Assembly: GCA_963575745.1 (NCBI GenBank)
Contig: CAUYUJ010000025.1
Span: forward strand, 1 to 64,000
DNA: 64,000 nucleotides
DNA from: Prorocentrum cordatum
Taxonomy: Eukaryota
Reading direction: 5' to 3'
Shown here: piece after piece, positions 60,576 through 64,000 of the stretch
How positions within the stretch are numbered: the stretch's first letter is position 1
Layout of the letters: each line of letters opens with the position of its first letter
The notes under the pieces: generated by a model
Seen by the model: the letters and a program-made list of their open reading frames with translations, nothing else
What the model was told of the DNA's origin: nothing
Databases searched by the model: none
Position numbers and translations under genes: made by a program

Positions 60576-62890
60576 TTGGCAAAGCGGGGGATCCTGGGGG
60601 AACCGCGGGGCGGATGCCGGGGGAACCGCCCGGGGCGTGCCCCACTGCCCGGCCCCTTTAAGCCTCAGAGTAAGAACCTTTCTAGGCAGAGCCTAGGTAG
60701 GGAACAAAACAACACATTAACCAACTGCGACGAGTGGCTCTTGAAGTGTTGGGGCCCTGGTCGCAGGCTTCCTCCTCGAGGCCAGGGCGCCAAGTCCGTG
60801 GATAGAGAAGGCACGGCCGACGCCGTGCACGCCAGAGGTGTCTTGGCAGGGTGGTTCAAAAATAGTCTGTGGCCACCGTCAGTCCGCCAGTGGTTCTGTG
60901 GTTCTGCCACGAAGCAGTCAAGTGCCAAGCTCAAACATAGCACAACGACGACACCAATACCGACAGCGACGACGATGGCGGTAGGTTGAGGGAAATCGAA
61001 GTTCACGCACTCATTCTGGATTATGTTCTTTTCTCGGGGTAGGGGCAGGAAGTCATGATCACGAGACGCTCCAGAGCATCATGTTTCTACCGTCGATCTG
61101 GGCGGACTCCAGAGACGAGGACCGCTGGCAGGAACGTACAGTGGAAACCCATGCCAAGAACTACCCGGCTTGCCTCTAGGGTGCCCCGTTTTTGTTCGGG
61201 GGTCGATGGTTTTGCTATAGAGAGCGTGACGCTCCCAAACCAGAATTCATTGGACGTCCTGGGGTCTCGGGGTTGGGTTTCTTGTGGCAGGTCCTTGTGG
61301 TTGAGCTCCTACTGTTTTGCCAGCCCGGTACATCGATCTGCCATGTAGGCGAGCAGGGGCCCCGGGACCAAACCCACATGCCAGCGCATTCCGACCTTGC
61401 AGGTGGGCCAATAGATGATTCGAGTGCCTCGAAATTGACAAGTTGGTCGAGTTGTTTAATCGGCCCAGGCGGGTCCGTAGGCATGAGGGTTGTTGCAGCA
61501 TTCTGGAAAGTCAGGGTCTCTACCCCAACCCTCTCGTCCTGGTCCCTCGTTGTCCTCGTCCTTCGTCCTCCTTGCTCGATCCCCTCTTCCCTTCCGCCCC
61601 CCGGCCTCCTCGTGCCTTCTTCCTCTTCCCTCTACCTCTTCCCTCTTCCTCCTCCCTCTTCCCCCTCCCTCTCCCTCCTCCCTCCTTCTCCTCCCGCTTC
61701 CTTTCCCCTCCTCCTCGTCCCGCCTCCTCCTCCCTCCTCCGTGCCCCTCCTGGAGCGCCTTTCCGCACGGGAGCCCGAGCCGCATCGGGCCGCGTCGACG
61801 AGGCCCGAAGAGGCAACGGAGGGCAGCGGCAGCCTCCCCCACGTGCAGAGCGTGCGCACGCAACCGGACGCTTCTCCGCGGCCCGAGGACCCACCCCTCG
61901 GGGGTGGACAGACCTCCTGCCCCGACACGTCGATCCAGGAAATTGGCCGTTTTCGGTTCGCGAGAGGGCGTCGCGGCCGTCATTTTTGCGGGTCCAGGCC
62001 CGTCGGTTTCGGTCCCAGGCCGTTTTCACTAAAGGGAGGTTTTTAAAGGGAGGTTTGTCCACCGCCGACTCACGGGTAAACGGAATCGCGGCCCCACCTC
62101 ACTTGCTAACATAGGTCATGGCAACGAATGAGCGCGCATTTTTGAAACAAATGATTGGAAAGAAACGATGATTGATTGAAGCGGGAAGCGGATCTACTAA
62201 ATTACGCCGCCGAATCAAAACAACACACACACACACACATCACTAAGTAAACGCAGGAACCGGCTTACCAAATTCACAAACGGACTTTCTAAATCCGGGG
62301 CCGTTTGTTCTACATCCCAGATCCTATCACCACCATGACCTAAGTGGCTCTGTCACCACCTCGCTTTTCCTCGTCCCCCTCCCCTCCCTTCCCCTCACGC
62401 CCAACCCGTTGTACGGTAGGTTCCTGTCGTGCCGACCGGCGGCGACCCCGCCGCCGGCGCTCAGCGTGGAGCGCTGGCGGCGGCCCAGAATCGTTCGATG
62501 TGGAACGATTTGGGCGTTCCAGGGACGGCCGATCGTTCAAGGTTGAACGATCCCCGCGGTGTCAGGAACCAGCGCCGGGGTCGACGCGACGCGAACCTGC
62601 CGCACCCTCGGAGGCGACGATCAGGGCGGATAGCTCAGGGGGGAGCAAGAGATGTATCCAGGGGCGCCTATGATCTATGTTTTCGGCGAGGCTCCCCGAA
62701 TACGTGTAATGCCCGCCCCTGGGCTATTCGCCCCTATCGTCGCCCCCGAGACCCGTTGCCAAGCGTCAGCATCGTTGAGCCTACCCCTGGTCCCCCCTCC
62801 CCGGCGGGGCCTTTGGCAGCCTGTGGCCTCGCCGAGCTGCCCCCGCAGTCGGGGATCGGCCCCGCGAAATCCGAAGGGGCCGGTGCGCTT

Positions 62891-63474
62891 GAGTCGGGTC
62901 TTTCCTTCTACAGGAGCTTCTTTTTTTTCCGTTTTTTTGGTTTCTTGTTTTTTTGATTTCTTAGGTTTATTTCTGTTCAAGCAAATCTCAGTAGTTGTTA
63001 GTATTTGTTGGGCGTTTGGTACATTTCCTCCAGAATCCGCCTGTAGGAGGACACGCCCGACCTGCGGGTACGCACCCCCACCATGGGGGACACATCGGTC
63101 AGTGGGGCCAAGACCGCGCCGGTGGGGATGGGGATCGGTCCAAAAGTGCCCACAGAGGAGGCACGGCACCACCCCCCAGCCCGACGAGCGAGCGAACGGA
63201 CGAACGAACACGCTGCACGCGTTGGAGCGCGGCCCGACTGAGCGCGGGTGGGAGGGGCCGTGGCCCCGAAGGCTCGGAGGTTGATGCCATCTCTGTCGGA
63301 CGGGGCTAGGATTAAGTCGGGCATGTCCTCCTTCCTACAGGAGGAAAAGTGCAAACTAGTCAAAGAATCGTCGGGGACAAATGTTTCACTGCTTTTGTTT
63401 TGTTTTGAATATGTGTTTGACTATTCTTTATGTTTCGTCCAAAGTCCGCCTGTAGGAGGCCATGCCCGACCTAA
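62891..63474. mobile_element. Two diverged MITE-like units (62891-63062 and 63311-63474) of the 14473-14661 family
   Basis: GTCGGG..TCC..CTACAGG ... CCTGTAGGAGG..A.GCCCGAC ends around T-rich cores. Confidence 0.55.
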
Positions 63475-64000
63475 CCGACGGTTCAGAGGTTGATGCCATC
63501 TCTGTTCGGACGGGGCAAGGACGAGGATCAGTCCGCTGCATCGCGTTCCGGGAGCGCTCTGAGAAGGCCGCGGTGCCGAGTCATTTTCCAGAGCCGCGGG
63601 AGCTCAGAAGTTCTCGATTTATATTCTCACCCGGTGTTATCCTCGTCCTGGCCTCGTCTTGCTTGTAGAATCGATCAATCTTGAGTTTCGTGGGGTCGTT
63701 CCACAGCAGGGCTGGACATAAACGTTGTGCTGCTGGTCTTCGTCTGTGCCTTGCTTTTCGTTTTGGCAGGGAGGAGGTACAGGAAGGCAGGCAGAGCAAG
63801 ACGAACCGCAACACGAAGCCAGACCGAAAAAACACGTTTAGGTACAGCCCTTTTCCACGGGGTTCCTTCGACTCGCAGCCCCCAGCCCGCCTAGCCCCCC
63901 CCGGGCGCCGCCCCGCGGCCGCCAGCACATGGACATCCTCGAGCCGGGCTCAGGCGCCGCGCCGCGCCGGCTCCGCGCTGGGCGGGGGGGGCAGCGGCGG

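Overview
GC-rich, repeat-laden eukaryotic DNA; the probable source is a dinoflagellate (inferred from spliced-leader-like relics, AG|G splice context, LINE type and microsatellite load). Most of the window is simple repeats, minisatellites, small inverted-repeat elements, a decayed non-LTR retrotransposon (0-4.2 kb) and a decayed IS630/Tc1-like transposase (22.8-23.9 kb). The notable region is a ~19.5 kb block (~24.9-44.3 kb) of four co-oriented genes: an intact hAT-like DDE transposase, a protein with a C-terminal N6/N4 DNA-methyltransferase-like domain, an unknown protein, and a spliced gene weakly resembling HhH-type DNA base-modification proteins. The genes are separated by arrays of one 21-22 bp repeat that flip orientation around a ~2.8 kb palindrome. 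Each gene is preceded by a degenerate spliced-leader-like sequence. The block carries at least 27 exact sense-strand copies of CAGCCTCTGGCG. Their flanks covary (CNC...GN'G, all four base pairs seen), defining a bulged-A hairpin that occurs in all three reading frames. All protein assignments come from motifs read by eye, not from database searches.
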